Source of the DNA: Prasinococcaceae sp. CCMP 1430
Lineage: Eukaryota; Plantae; Prasinodermophyta
Direction: 5' to 3'
Assembly (NCBI GenBank): GCA_013416795.1
Contig: RQSC01000011.1
Location: 1 to 49,697, forward strand
Length of the DNA: 49,697 nt
Position numbers and translations under genes: made by a program. The first letter of the stretch is position 1. The number at the start of each line of letters is the position of its first letter. Below the pieces are notes generated by a model. That model worked only from the letters and a program-made list of their open reading frames with translations, searched no databases and had not been told where the DNA came from. Positions 39,423 to 49,697 of this stretch are shown here, in pieces.

Positions 39423-42317
39423 TCACCTGGTGCCAGTGACCAGACGTCTGTGATTGAGGTCCCCTTGATGCGAAGGGTCGTTGGCGGTCACGGGTTGCTG
39501 GCGAGACTTCCTGCTCGCGAATTTGTCGGCGGTACCGCTTCGCCGCGCGTACGCGGGTGGCACGGGCGCCGTCCTGACGTGCCTCGGCCCCATGCCCGAG
39601 CCGTGCGCGATGCCCGCAGTGCCACCGGGACCGCCCCGCGGGAACGCCGGGAATGACCTCCTGCGAAGGCGCTCAAGTTCTGACTGCAGGAAGGCTTGCT
39701 CGTCCTGCTGCGACCGCGCGATGCTCATGAGCTTTGAGTTTGCCATGACGTTGCGGATAGAGCGTCGCCCAGTGCCACTGGGCGCGCTCTGTGCGCGCTT
39801 CTCTTTCATGCGCTGGCGCTCCTCGAGCACCACCTCCGCGCTCGCGCTCTGAGCGCCCAGCGCGTTGTTCTCCTTGCGCTTCTGGCGCACGAGCCACATG
39901 ATGCGCTGCAGTTTCGTCTCGCGCGTTGCGACCCTCGTCGCGTGCACCTTGCCGAGCTCTGCGAAACGTGCGGAAAGCCGCGCCACCTCAGCAGCCTTTT
40001 CCGCGGGACTGTCCTCCCCATTCTTGAGGTTGGTCTGGAGGCTGCGTGTGACGCGTAGAAGCTGGAGCTCCTTGATCTTGAGCTCCATGTTTCTCAGCAT
40101 GAGGTCTGCGCGCTCGTTCAGCCACTCGTTGCGGTGCATCTCGCTCTTTGCCTGCTTTAACTGTTCCAAAATGGCAACCTTCTCACCGCCCATGCCCGAT
40201 ATCTCCGTGTTGAATGCCTGGACGACACCCACGTTGAGCACCCGCGCGTCCGTTGAGTCAGTCCCCACCGCGGACTGGTCCACCTCGACCTGGCCCTGCT
40301 TGAGCTCAAACCACATGTCCAAATCGCGGAGCAGCGAAGCGACGCGCTCCTCCAGATCCTCGAGCAGCGTTGAGACGCCCTCTTCTTGACCCCGCGCAGC
40401 CTTGTCCTCCTCCAACGCCACCGCAAGCTTCTGCTGCGCAGCGGCAAGGGCGTCCGCTGCCTTCCTCAGCTCAACCTCGCTCGACAGCTTCGTCGCCTTG
40501 TACTCCAAGAACCGGCCCCAGATCGCGTGGTCGAGACCGTCCGGACGGATATGTGACGCACCGCCCTCGGCGTCCGTGCCGCCAGTCGCCTCGTTTGTCT
40601 GGGTGAGAAGCAGCGGTGAGGGCGACCCCTGGCGCGGGCTCTTTGGGCCCCCGTCGCCGTGGCGACGCTTGTACATCTCGTTGAGGATGTCGATGTGATC
40701 TTCCGCGCCCGCGAACTCACGCTTGAAGCCACGGTCCATTGCCTTGTCCGCTGCGGCAGCAGTGTCGAGGTCCTCCTTGCAGCGATCTACGTGCCCCCGC
40801 ATCACAGAGAGGCGCTCCTCGCGCACCTCGCGCTGCATGCGGAGACCATCCGCCTCCACCGAGAGCTTCTCGTACAGATCTTGAGATCCGTAAAGCTCGG
40901 CAACGGAACGAGCGAGGCGAACAGACATTAGCTCGTCCACGCACAGGTCGTGCTCGACGCCGAGGCGCTCGGCAGCGAGAGCGCGCAGGCTGTTGTCGAA
41001 GGCCTCGCGAATGCCAGACATCTCAGCGCGAAGCCCGCGGAGCTCAATCTCGAGGGCCTTGCGCTCTTTCTCGTCGGCCTCGGCGGCCACACGCACTGCC
41101 TCCTCGTACGCATTCAGCTCCTTCAGTTGGTCCTTCGTCAGCTTATCTCGAGGCAAATCCATCCAGTCCTCACGCTGGCATTCGAGCGTGTCTTCCTTCG
41201 TGCGCTCGAGCTGCCCCCCCATCATGTCGTCCAGGGCGCGCCGAGGAGCGTCGTCGGCTGCCTGCTTTACCAGGCGCTCAGCCTCCAGCCTGTCCGCGGA
41301 GGCCTTCGCATCGAGCTCGGCCTGAGTGAGCACCTTCTTGACATTAATCTCAGAATCTTTGACTTTGAGGATCTGCTCAAGGTCCTCGCCCTTGTCGAGC
41401 CCAGGCACGTCCACTTCAGGATCAACGCCCAGCTGTGCGGCGACCTCCCTGGCCCTCTCAGCGCGTTCCTCGATTGACACGATCGCATGATGCTTTTCCT
41501 CAAGAAGTGCCTCGCACCGAGCGTTGAACGCGGCCTTACCCTCCGCAGAGCGGGCGGCTAAAAGCTCGCACTGCGCCGCACGGCGTGCGGGGGTGTAAAG
41601 CGACATGGCGTGATACAGCAGCGAGGCAGGCCCCTCCTCCGCATCATCATCCGTAGGAGCAGCCGGCGTGTCCGGTTCACGACTGCCACCTCCGGGGTCT
41701 GTGCCGGCGTCCCCGACCGTTGCTGCAAGGTCCCAGGCGCCGGGCGCCCCACGGGGCGCGGGGCCGCACCTCGCCGAGCCGACACTGTGTGCCGCGCCAC
41801 CCTCGATACACATCCGCCCCATGGGCGTCGCAGCACCATCGCGGCACTTCACTTCGGCAATCTCCACCCGGCGCAGGAACGAGACGTGCCGCGCACGCCT
41901 CTGCTCCTCCTCCGTTTGCTTTGGCACGGGAAAGTTGCGCACGCGGGCGCCAGAATCAAACGGCGCGAGCTCCTTGCCTGCAGCAGAGTGCGACGCCAAG
42001 CACTCTTCGCGCACCCTGCGCGCGAGAAGTTCGCGCTTGAAGTTCTCGTCTGCAAGGCTCTTCTTGAGCTCATCCACGCGCTCGGTGCCACTCCTCACGA
42101 GCGACGCGCGAAGTTCCTCGTCAATGACGAACTCGTCACGGTCGAGCTGCTCGTCCTTGCTCGCGCCGGCATTATCCCTCACAGCCGAAATCAAGCCCTG
42201 GCGAATGTCGTTGAGAGTCTTCTCGAGGATGCGCCTCCTGCCAACGACGTCGCCTGACACCGCCTCCGAAACGACCGCCCCCTCCGCGGGCCCGCACGCC
42301 GCCCGCGCGCTCACCAT
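39423..42317 (-). CDS. CFAP43: CFAP43 C-terminal coiled-coil region only (~964 aa); no WD40 domain
   Basis: DRDEFVIDEE, VRNFP, LLYHAMSLYT..Q, RALDDMMGGQLE, KALEIELRGL..FD and LKQGQVEV..DA all match the CFAP43/WDR96 C-terminal half as I recall it. First ATG is 42317 (the ORF opens with GTG 42434). Confidence 0.8.
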   Translation of the reverse strand: MVSARAACGPAEGAVVSEAVSGDVVGRRRILEKTLNDIRQGLISAVRDNAGASKDEQLDRDEFVIDEELRASLVRSGTERVDELKKSLADENFKRELLARRVREECLASHSAAGKELAPFDSGARVRNFPVPKQTEEEQRRARHVSFLRRVEIAEVKCRDGAATPMGRMCIEGGAAHSVGSARCGPAPRGAPGAWDLAATVGDAGTDPGGGSREPDTPAAPTDDDAEEGPASLLYHAMSLYTPARRAAQCELLAARSAEGKAAFNARCEALLEEKHHAIVSIEERAERAREVAAQLGVDPEVDVPGLDKGEDLEQILKVKDSEINVKKVLTQAELDAKASADRLEAERLVKQAADDAPRRALDDMMGGQLERTKEDTLECQREDWMDLPRDKLTKDQLKELNAYEEAVRVAAEADEKERKALEIELRGLRAEMSGIREAFDNSLRALAAERLGVEHDLCVDELMSVRLARSVAELYGSQDLYEKLSVEADGLRMQREVREERLSVMRGHVDRCKEDLDTAAAADKAMDRGFKREFAGAEDHIDILNEMYKRRHGDGGPKSPRQGSPSPLLLTQTNEATGGTDAEGGASHIRPDGLDHAIWGRFLEYKATKLSSEVELRKAADALAAAQQKLAVALEEDKAARGQEEGVSTLLEDLEERVASLLRDLDMWFELKQGQVEVDQSAVGTDSTDARVLNVGVVQAFNTEISGMGGEKVAILEQLKQAKSEMHRNEWLNERADLMLRNMELKIKELQLLRVTRSLQTNLKNGEDSPAEKAAEVARLSARFAELGKVHATRVATRETKLQRIMWLVRQKRKENNALGAQSASAEVVLEERQRMKEKRAQSAPSGTGRRSIRNVMANSKLMSIARSQQDEQAFLQSELERLRRRSFPAFPRGGPGGTAGIAHGSGMGPRHVRTAPVPPAYARRSGTADKFASRKSRQQPVTANDPSHQGDLNHRRLVTGTR

Positions 42318-42441
42318 CGCGGCGCAGCGCAGCGCCGCGCCGCGCCGCGCCGACGCGCCGGGCGCGGGCCCCCCGCTGCGGCCGCTGTGACGCCCGCCGC
42401 TCGCAGCGCCGTCAACATCAGCCTCAACCCCCACCCACCCA

Positions 42442-42477
42442 CGGTTTTTTTAAACCGTTTTTTTAAAAACGGTTTTT
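42442..42477. repeat. Overlapping AT-rich inverted repeats in the CFAP43/FAM227 intergenic region
   Basis: CGGTTT-tttt-AAACCG (42442-42457) overlaps AAACCGTTTTT-tt-AAAAACGGTTT (42452-42475). Confidence 0.75.
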
Positions 42478-43104
42478 CTCGCGCACAGGTGGGTTTCAGG
42501 TTGGGTTCCTTTTAAAAAAAAATGTGCCGCGAGCGCGCCGCGGCTTTCCGCGGCTTCCGCGTTCGGACGCGCGCGCGCCGCGCTTTGGTCCGCGCGCCGC
42601 CGCGGTTTTTTACCATCGGATTGCACCCGCGCGACGCGCGCGCGAGGCGTTGACCGCCGCCGCGCGTTTTTTTTGCCCGCCGCGCCGCGCCTCGCGCGCA
42701 CGAAAACGGGGCCGCGATTCGGCGGCGCGGCGTCCGCGCGCGTAAAAAAAGAAAAAGAAAAAGAAAAAGGACCGAGAGCACTACCAGTCTCTACCGGGTG
42801 CGCTGGGCAGGTGCGCTCGCGACCAATGCGGCGCCAAACGGCGGGCGGGCGCGGCGGGCGGGCGCAGAGCCGCGGTTGGGAAGCAATTGGTCGGTGGGTC
42901 GGGCGGCAGGCGGCCGGTGGCAGCAGGAGCGCCGCCGAGGTGCGCGGAGAGGGGTTGGAGGGAGATTGGAAAGAGAGCGTGTGTTTGTGTGCTCAGGGGG
43001 CGCGGGCGTGTGCGTCAGCGCTGGTCACTGCGCGAGTCCCCACCGGCAGGTCCACATTCCCCTGCCAGGCAGACCGAGCTCGGGAGCGGGACGGTGGGGA
43101 CGTC

Positions 43105-44523
43105 ATGGTCCAGGTGCCGCAGCTTCCGCTCGTACGCATGTCGCTTGCACCTCAGCCCCCCGAGCAGCCGAAGCTGCCCACTGGCGAGGACGCCCTTGAG
43201 AGCGCACGCGCCGCCGTGCCTGGCAGCGCGGGCGCAGACGTCGCAATCCCAATCGACCTCCACGAGGTGCACGACCTCACGACCGAGCTCGACGCGCTGG
43301 CGGCCAAGCTCGACACAGTGGTCGTTGACACGCTCTATAACGACGGCAGGCGCAAGCAGCGGCCATGCAAAGAGACGGTCGAGGCCATCGCGGCGGCGGC
43401 CGCTCGTGAGAGGCCGGCGCTCGGGGGAGCTCCTCCGCCGCTGCCGCGGGTGGAGGACGCGGTGCTACCGCAGGCGCCGCGACCGAACGAGGAGGGCGAA
43501 TTGCCAGCCCCACGGGGCATCGCGCTGGAACCATTTCTCACAGCCACAGCCGCCGCGTGTGGCCCCGAGCGGCGCGCACGGGGCACGGCGGAGTGGCGCG
43601 CGTTTGCGTCGTCGGGTGCTGTGGGCGCGCTCTTCGGCGACGTGCTGTGGTGGCTGGTGGTGACGCGCTTCGTGCCGGACGATGAGCTGCAGGCGGCGCT
43701 GTACGCGCGCATCGCGGCGCGGTACACACGTCTGATGGCACCGCGCATGGCCACCGACGCCGCACCCGCCGCACGCGACGCCTTCCAGGCGCCTCCAGAC
43801 GAGCACCTGCGACTGGTGCCGGCGCTGCTCGCTGGCACCGCGTGCGGCGTGCTCGCCGCAGCATACCCGGGGTCGGAGGCGCAGTTCGGGCACGCCTTCA
43901 GGCTCAAGGCCGTTGCACACATTAACAGCTGGAGGGTTGGCGCGGCGTCGCGCGCGGCGGCCGCCGCGCCTACGCTGCGCGCGGGCGTCGCGCGCAGCAA
44001 ATTCGATCTCAAAGCGACCTCGGCGCTCATGTCAAGGCGAGTGGCTGGTGACGATGGGCAATATCACGCGCCGGACATGCTCATCGCCGGCGTGACACAC
44101 ACGTCGCCGCGCGTCTTTCCCGAGGAGGAAACGCTCTCCTACGAGCAGCTCGCACAGAAAGTGACCGCTGGCAGTAGGGGCCCCGGCGGTGAGAGCCCCG
44201 CGGAGCGCTACAAGCAGCATGCGACCAAGGCGCGGCGCGCCGTGGCGCGCTCGCGGCGCGAAGCGAGCCAGGTGCAGCGCAGCATCGACGCCGCGCAGGA
44301 GGGCATGCGACGCAAGACGATAAAGGAGGCGAGCGATCTTCTGGCTGGAAAGGCCGTCGAGGCCGCCGCCGAGGCTGCGCGCACCAAGGGCACGGCTGTC
44401 AGCGCGTGGGAGCGCCGGCGCGCGCCCGACCGCGATGCCGTGGATGTGCATGCCAAGGAGATCGTCAAAGCCAAGAAGCTCAGCGGTGGGTACCACTTGC
44501 GCGTCGGCACTGACTGGCCGTAG
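43105..44523 (+). CDS. FAM227-like (FWWh-domain) protein, ~472 aa
   Basis: ALFGDVLWWLVVTRF.PDDELQAALYARIAARY...PALLA...YPGS..QF..AF resembles the FWWh domain. Start placed at ATG 43105 within ORF 42673..44523. Confidence 0.65.
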   Translation: MVQVPQLPLVRMSLAPQPPEQPKLPTGEDALESARAAVPGSAGADVAIPIDLHEVHDLTTELDALAAKLDTVVVDTLYNDGRRKQRPCKETVEAIAAAAARERPALGGAPPPLPRVEDAVLPQAPRPNEEGELPAPRGIALEPFLTATAAACGPERRARGTAEWRAFASSGAVGALFGDVLWWLVVTRFVPDDELQAALYARIAARYTRLMAPRMATDAAPAARDAFQAPPDEHLRLVPALLAGTACGVLAAAYPGSEAQFGHAFRLKAVAHINSWRVGAASRAAAAAPTLRAGVARSKFDLKATSALMSRRVAGDDGQYHAPDMLIAGVTHTSPRVFPEEETLSYEQLAQKVTAGSRGPGGESPAERYKQHATKARRAVARSRREASQVQRSIDAAQEGMRRKTIKEASDLLAGKAVEAAAEAARTKGTAVSAWERRRAPDRDAVDVHAKEIVKAKKLSGGYHLRVGTDWP

Positions 44524-44656
44524 CACGAACACAAGGCCACCAGTCCCGCCCGTGGTCTCATGCAACGGTGGCATGTCTTGTACACAGTGTAGCTACAGTA
44601 CCATAAATGTCATGTACATGTACAATCTCAATTACAACGGTGCTGGACGGTGCCGC

Positions 44657-45900
44657 TCACCGCTTCCAGCGCGCCCACGGACTCTCTGGCAGCGCGACCT
44701 GAGGTAACGCGTGCGAGGTGCCACCCGCGTGCAGCGTGGAATGCCCCTGCTGGCAGGCGGCTCCATCGCGAGCACTGCGCGCACACTCGCCCTCGTCCTC
44801 GGGCCAGCCCGCGCTCGGGCCATCAGAGAGCTCAACCGGCCATGCGACCAGAAGCCGATTCATCGGCGTGATGTCAGGCGCGATGGTGGACAGCCGCACC
44901 TCGAAGCCTGCACGCGCGAGGCGGCGCGCGCGCGTCAAGTCGATCGCAAGCGGACCACCCAGGACATTCGATAGCCCGCCGTCATCGCACTGGCGCTGCA
45001 GCAACGCCCGCGCGCCCCGCGCATCTGTCAGCGCGCGCTCGAAAAGGGCGCGTGCACTGGCACACACAAAGCGAGGGCGGAACGGACCTTGTCGTGGCAG
45101 CATGGCAGCAGCGCGACAGGCGCTCGCCACTCGAGTGCCTTTTCGAGCACGACGTCCGTGAGCGCACCGCAGGCGTGGACGCCCAGCAGCAGCGCGCGCG
45201 CGTGCGGTCGAAGCGTCTCCAGGCGAGCGCCGTGTGCGAGCCGCACACGCCCTGCGAGCCGCTTTGGGTAGCGCGCTGCGAGTACTGCGTGCACGGCGTT
45301 CGCGTACGCCGGTACACGCACATCTACGCAAAGAGCGCTCACAGGCGTTGCCTCCGGATGCGCCACGAGCAACGCGAGCTGGCCGGCGAGCCCGTGGCCG
45401 CCTGCGCAGTCGACCACGCAGCGATTGCGCGCAGCGTGCGCCGGGAGCGCGTTCATCATCGCAGTCGCGACCGCCCATGACTCGTGCCACTCCTTGCGCG
45501 GCACGCGTCCACGCTCAGCACCGAGCTCGCACAACGCAGAGGCCGCGTCGTCATGCAAGGAAGTGCCCGGAAACATGCCCGCCGCGAGGTCGCGCTTGCA
45601 AAGCGAGGAGCGCGAGGAGCGCCGCGCGCGGTCGTCGGTGCGCCCGCGCTGCGACAGCTTGATGGGCCCTCGCCACGCCGTCTCCGGCACGTCTCCCGAT
45701 GCGAGCGCGAAGACCTCATGCGCGTCACCATTTTCGCCGTCGCCGCTGTCAGTGGCGCGCCGCTCGCGTGCCACGCCCCACGCTGCCAGGCACTCGTCGC
45801 CCAGACGGGTCGCCCTCGCACTCGCGGTCGCCTCCGGCCGCGCCGCCTCGGCCGTCGCTGCCGCCCCAGCTGCCGCACGTGCCGCCGCGCGCCACGCCAT
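44657..45900 (-). CDS. SAM-dependent methyltransferase (Methyltransf_32-like); join(complement 45900..45088,44995..44657), ~383 aa
   Basis: RKEWHES, VVDCAGGHGLAG (motif I), VHACGALTD and LPCCH, then AID..R...GFEV....ITPMNRLL after a 92-nt phase-0 GT-AG intron. Confidence 0.82.
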
Positions 45901-46518
45901 GCCCCAGCGGCCCCGCGAGGAAGCACCCTCGCCACTTCGCCCGCCATCGCCTCGCCGCCCCTCCCCGGCGCGCCGCACGGCGCAGCCCCCCCCTGCTGGT
46001 GCCGCGTGCGCGTGCGCGCGCAGTGGATCGTGGCGGCTGCCGAGCTCGCCACATATTCACCAGCTGTGAATGAACCCTATCTCGACCACGAAAGACACTT
46101 TACCGCAAAACCAGCTTCGTGTTCACTTGTTTACTCGCTTTCTGATAGTACAATTTTCGAAACCCAAACCGGGGCGGGCTCCCGGCGTGCGCCGTTTCAG
46201 GACAGCCGCCTGCGGAGCGCGCGGACAGCTGCTGTCTCGCGCAGCCGTGCGTGGGGCGCGTGGAGGAGTCGAGGCTCGCGGGTGTCGACAAGGGGCTTCT
46301 CGCTGAGGTGGACACCAATCTCAGCAAGGTGCGCAACCTCGCCGATGTGCTCGAGTCGGGCGACCCGCCGCATGCTGAGCCCGGCCGCGGCCGTTTTCCA
46401 TCCTGAAAGAATGGACGTAGCAGCAGGCAACACTCCGAGCCGAGGTCGCGCTCGTCGCGCGAGGATGCGAACGCTCACACTGCTGCGCTTGTGCACTCCT
46501 CAGACGGCATTGTATTAA

Positions 46519-47112
46519 CTAAGGGGTCCCCACATGGGCTGGTCGGACCGACGGCGCGCCACCTTTCTCGTAAGATGCAGCACGCCAGTACACCTGTCCG
46601 TATGGGCAGTAGACCTCCTCTCCGGGATGGATGTCCCTCATCGCGACGACGAGCGCCTTCCGCGTGGCTCGGCACTTTATGAATCGTGCATTCATCGCCT
46701 CCGGGTCAGCGTGGTCATTAATGTACCGCGCGTGGAAGTCCTTGTGCAGCCTTCCATCGATGTGGTTGTTGAGCCCGAAGCCGCCCATCACATACGACTT
46801 GTCTGTCGTCCGCAGCATCTGAGCGAGCGAAAGCCGCGTGCCTGCGTACTCGCACATGACGGTGCCCGCGCGGATGCGTCGGCGAACGAATAGGCCGTCG
46901 CCAGCCCCCTCGATACGCGACGGTCGCACCTGCAGGTACTTGGGCCCCAGCGTCGCTGCCGTCACGCTCTCGTCCTTCGGCACAAAGAACGGCACGCGCG
47001 CGCGTGCCCGCGCCGACGCCTGTGCCTCCGCGCCCCCGGGTCGCTGCGTATTGTCGAGCCCCGGCAGCGATGCGGGCTCCTGCTCCATGGGTTGCGCCGG
47101 TGGGGCGCCCAT
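46519..47112 (-). CDS. Small SET-domain lysine methyltransferase (~197 aa)
   Basis: SRIEGAGDGLF, CEYAG, ARYINDH and RDIHPGEEVYCPYG. Start uncertain. Confidence 0.85.
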   Translation of the reverse strand: MGAPPAQPMEQEPASLPGLDNTQRPGGAEAQASARARARVPFFVPKDESVTAATLGPKYLQVRPSRIEGAGDGLFVRRRIRAGTVMCEYAGTRLSLAQMLRTTDKSYVMGGFGLNNHIDGRLHKDFHARYINDHADPEAMNARFIKCRATRKALVVAMRDIHPGEEVYCPYGQVYWRAASYEKGGAPSVRPAHVGTP

Positions 47113-47768
47113 GAGCGCCTCAGAGGCGGGCGGCACTCCGTCGCGCGCGCAGAGGCCAACGCGATTGGCGTGGTCGGCTAGGAGCTCGTGCGCCCGCGGC
47201 GCGTCGCACGCCGCGCACCGCCCGTGCACAGCGGCGATGCCGTTGCGGGTGGCTTTCGCTCGTGACCGCCGAGGTCACGGCGATCGGCGCCTCCCGCTAG
47301 GCGCTGGCGCCCCCGCCGCGCAGGCGCTGGTGACCCAGCTGCGCGCCGCGTAGAGTGGTGGCCGCGCCCCGCGGAACACTGCCCCTGGAGCAGACGAATG
47401 CGCTCTGGCGCGCGCGCACTCGAATCCTCGTGCGCGTTTGAGGAAAGTGACGGAACGGAGGCTCTCGCCCCCGCAGACAGCGTGGCCGTGGCGGCTGTGG
47501 CGCTGCTCACGGCTGCCGCGTGCCTGGGACTGCGTGCGTGTGTGTGTGGGGGGGGGGGGACGATCGCGGGGATGGACTGTCCCGGCCGACGCAGGCATGC
47601 GCATGGGCCAGGGCACAAGCGCTGAAAGTCTGCACCTATATGCCATTACTGCCCGCACGCGCGTCAAGCGCACTTGCTCGCCGCCCTCACCACAGGCGCA
47701 TGCCCGCTGAAGAACGCTGTGTTCACCATCGGCCGTCTGCTGGCGACTCACGTTCGCCCCGCGCTGCG

Positions 47769-48932
47769 TTACCGGAGCCATGGGAAGGTTTTCCCCGCGG
47801 CCTGCTGCTGTGGCTGCTCCAACGGCGGTGGCACAACGCTCGCTGGCAGCGGAGACTCCTGCGTCGGGATGGAGAAGGGGGGCAGAGCGGCGCCTGACTC
47901 GGCGCCCATGCCCGCACCCGCCTGCCCCATGCCGAAACCGGTCGCGATGATGGTCACCTTCAGGGTGCCACGCATCGCTGGGTCGACGACGGCACCGAAA
48001 ATGATGTTGGCGCTGGGGTCGGCCAGCGAGGTGACCACCTCAGACACGGTATTGATCTCCGAGAGCGTCATGTCCTCGCCGCCGGTGACGTTGAAGACGA
48101 TGCCGTTGGCGCTCTGGATGCTCTGATCGAGCAGCGGCGCGTTCGACGCCGCGTACGCCGCATCCTCCGCACGCGACCTGCCCGAAGCCTCCCCCATGCC
48201 CAGCATCGCCGTGCCCGAGTTCTGCATGACGGCCTGCACGTCCGCGAAGTCCACGTTGACGAGGCCCGGCACGGTGATGATGTCTGTAACCGCCTGCACG
48301 GCCTGGCGCAGCACGTCGTCGGCGACGTTGAAGGACTCCTTGAGCGGCGTGTTCTCCGGGACCAGACCGAGCAGGTTGTTGTTGGGCACCACCACCAGCG
48401 AGTCCACGTACTGCGAGAGCTCCGACACGGCAGCCTCAGAGGCCACGAGCCTCCTGCGCCCCTCGAACGCGAACGGCGTCGTGACGACGCCGAGGGTGAG
48501 CGGCGTGCCCGCCTCCCTCGCGAACCGCGCGGTGACGGGTGCGGCGCCCGACCCCGTGCCGCCGCCCATGCCAGCCGTGACCACCACCAGGTCGGCGTCC
48601 TTGACGCACTCGCGCAGCAAGCCCTCCGATTCGACCGCCGCGCGCTCGCCGATCTCGCCGCTGCCGCCACACCCGAGCCCGCGCGTGAGCTCGACGCCGA
48701 TTTGCACGCGCGACTGCGCGAGCGACTCTTCCAGCGCCTGTATGTCGGTGTTGATGGCCGCGTACTCGACGCCGCTGAGGCCGTAGTCGATCATGCGGTT
48801 CACCGCGTTGCAGCCCGCGCCGCCCACGCCGAGCACCTTGATCGCCGCGCCCTGCGGTCCTTCCGCCGCGGCGCGGCAGCGCGCGCGCCGCAGCCGCCGG
48901 CGACGGCGTGAGGCGGAGCAACCGCGCGCCAT
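47769..48932 (-). CDS. ftsZ: Plastid division protein FtsZ (FtsZ1-like, 387 aa)
   Basis: IKVLGVGGAGCNAVNRM, NTD, GMGGGTGSGAAP, PFAFEGRRR, NVDFADV and IIATGF. Short Arg/Ala-rich N-terminal extension; no FtsZ2-type C-terminal IPxFL peptide. Confidence 0.96.
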   Translation of the reverse strand: MARGCSASRRRRRLRRARCRAAAEGPQGAAIKVLGVGGAGCNAVNRMIDYGLSGVEYAAINTDIQALEESLAQSRVQIGVELTRGLGCGGSGEIGERAAVESEGLLRECVKDADLVVVTAGMGGGTGSGAAPVTARFAREAGTPLTLGVVTTPFAFEGRRRLVASEAAVSELSQYVDSLVVVPNNNLLGLVPENTPLKESFNVADDVLRQAVQAVTDIITVPGLVNVDFADVQAVMQNSGTAMLGMGEASGRSRAEDAAYAASNAPLLDQSIQSANGIVFNVTGGEDMTLSEINTVSEVVTSLADPSANIIFGAVVDPAMRGTLKVTIIATGFGMGQAGAGMGAESGAALPPFSIPTQESPLPASVVPPPLEQPQQQAAGKTFPWLR

Positions 48933-49697
48933 GGGGGGAGGCGGTGCGGAGTTGTGCGGAGTTGTGCGGTGCGGTGTGGTGCAGTGCGGTGCCCGCCACG
49001 CCGCGCGCGCGCGCCGCCGCGTTTGTGGCCACCGGCCGGCAGGAGGCCCAGCGGAACCACATTATTTTATCCGCGGGAGGCACCCCGCAGCCGCGCATGC
49101 ATGCGCGCGCGCGCCGCGCCCCAGCCAGCGGCGGGAAAACCGCGCGGGCGCCTGCGTTTCGATGGGCCCCGCCCCCGCCGCGCGCGCGCGCGCGCGCCGA
49201 AGGGCGAGCGCTGCGAATGCCGCGTGATGGCGATGCTCCACAAAATAAGAACCCTATGTAAACCCAAACTCGAAACCCTTTCATGCCTGGCTGGGTCGGG
49301 TGCTTGAATTGGTTGGATTGGTGGGTGTTGGTTGGGGGGTATGCCAGCCCCCGCCTGGTCGGGGGGGGTAGAGAGCTTTTTTTTTTGTTTTTGCTTTTAC
49401 GCACGTGTGCGCTGCGGCGGCGTCCTCTATCGAGTCCTGGGTACGCCGCGCTCTGGCCGGCGGCGCGCGCGCGCCGCGCGCGGCCGGCCGGGATGATCGC
49501 GAGGCTCTCTCTCGTGCTCGCTCGCTCGCTCGCCCGCCCGCCCGTGCGCGTCGGTCGGTCGGCCGCTCGCGCTCGTCGGCGGGCGGTGCTGCGGGCAGGC
49601 GAATCCGGCCTTTCAGATTTTTTGATTCTGCGCCGATCATTTTTTTTAGGGCGGCGTGACGACGCGTGCGATGATGGAGGGAGGGAGGGAACCGCGA

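Noticed and set aside
632-45087. Introns as Introner-like repeated elements
   Set aside because: The inferred introns (90-250 nt) share only splice and branch motifs, with no extended mutual similarity.
46150-46520. Coding-looking plus-strand frame (EESRLAGVDKGLLAEVDTNLSK...)
   Set aside because: No ATG between the upstream stops and this segment, and no recognisable homology; needs RNA evidence.
47230-47760. Possible extra gene or SET upstream exon between SET and FtsZ
   Set aside because: No frame gave a convincing ATG-initiated, motif-bearing product.

Overview
GC-rich, gene-dense eukaryotic nuclear DNA with short GT-AG introns, about 20 protein-coding genes, a 270-nt assembly gap (31678-31947) and a single N at 29912. 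Simple N-terminal transit-peptide-like extensions on FtsZ and RibA, and TGTAA motifs just after several stop codons, suggest a green alga (inference). Genes in order: a selenocysteine glutathione peroxidase of the animal GPx1 type with a 3'-UTR SECIS; two tandem paralogous orphan membrane proteins; stand-alone GTP cyclohydrolase II; NSA2; a class A beta-lactamase-like serine hydrolase; PWP2; a membrane-anchored class I cyclic-nucleotide phosphodiesterase; a class II fumarase ending in a PTS1 tripeptide; CFAP206; a head-to-head PhyH/TauD dioxygenase pair; a small two-exon orphan; a Patched-type RND protein; a receptor-like TKL kinase with an LNR-like ectodomain and DFH in place of DFG; NEMF; a CFAP43 with no WD40 half; a FAM227-like protein; a methyltransferase; a small SET protein; plastid FtsZ. 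I recognised no rRNA, tRNA, CRISPR array or transposon. All family calls come from motif recognition by eye, with no database search.
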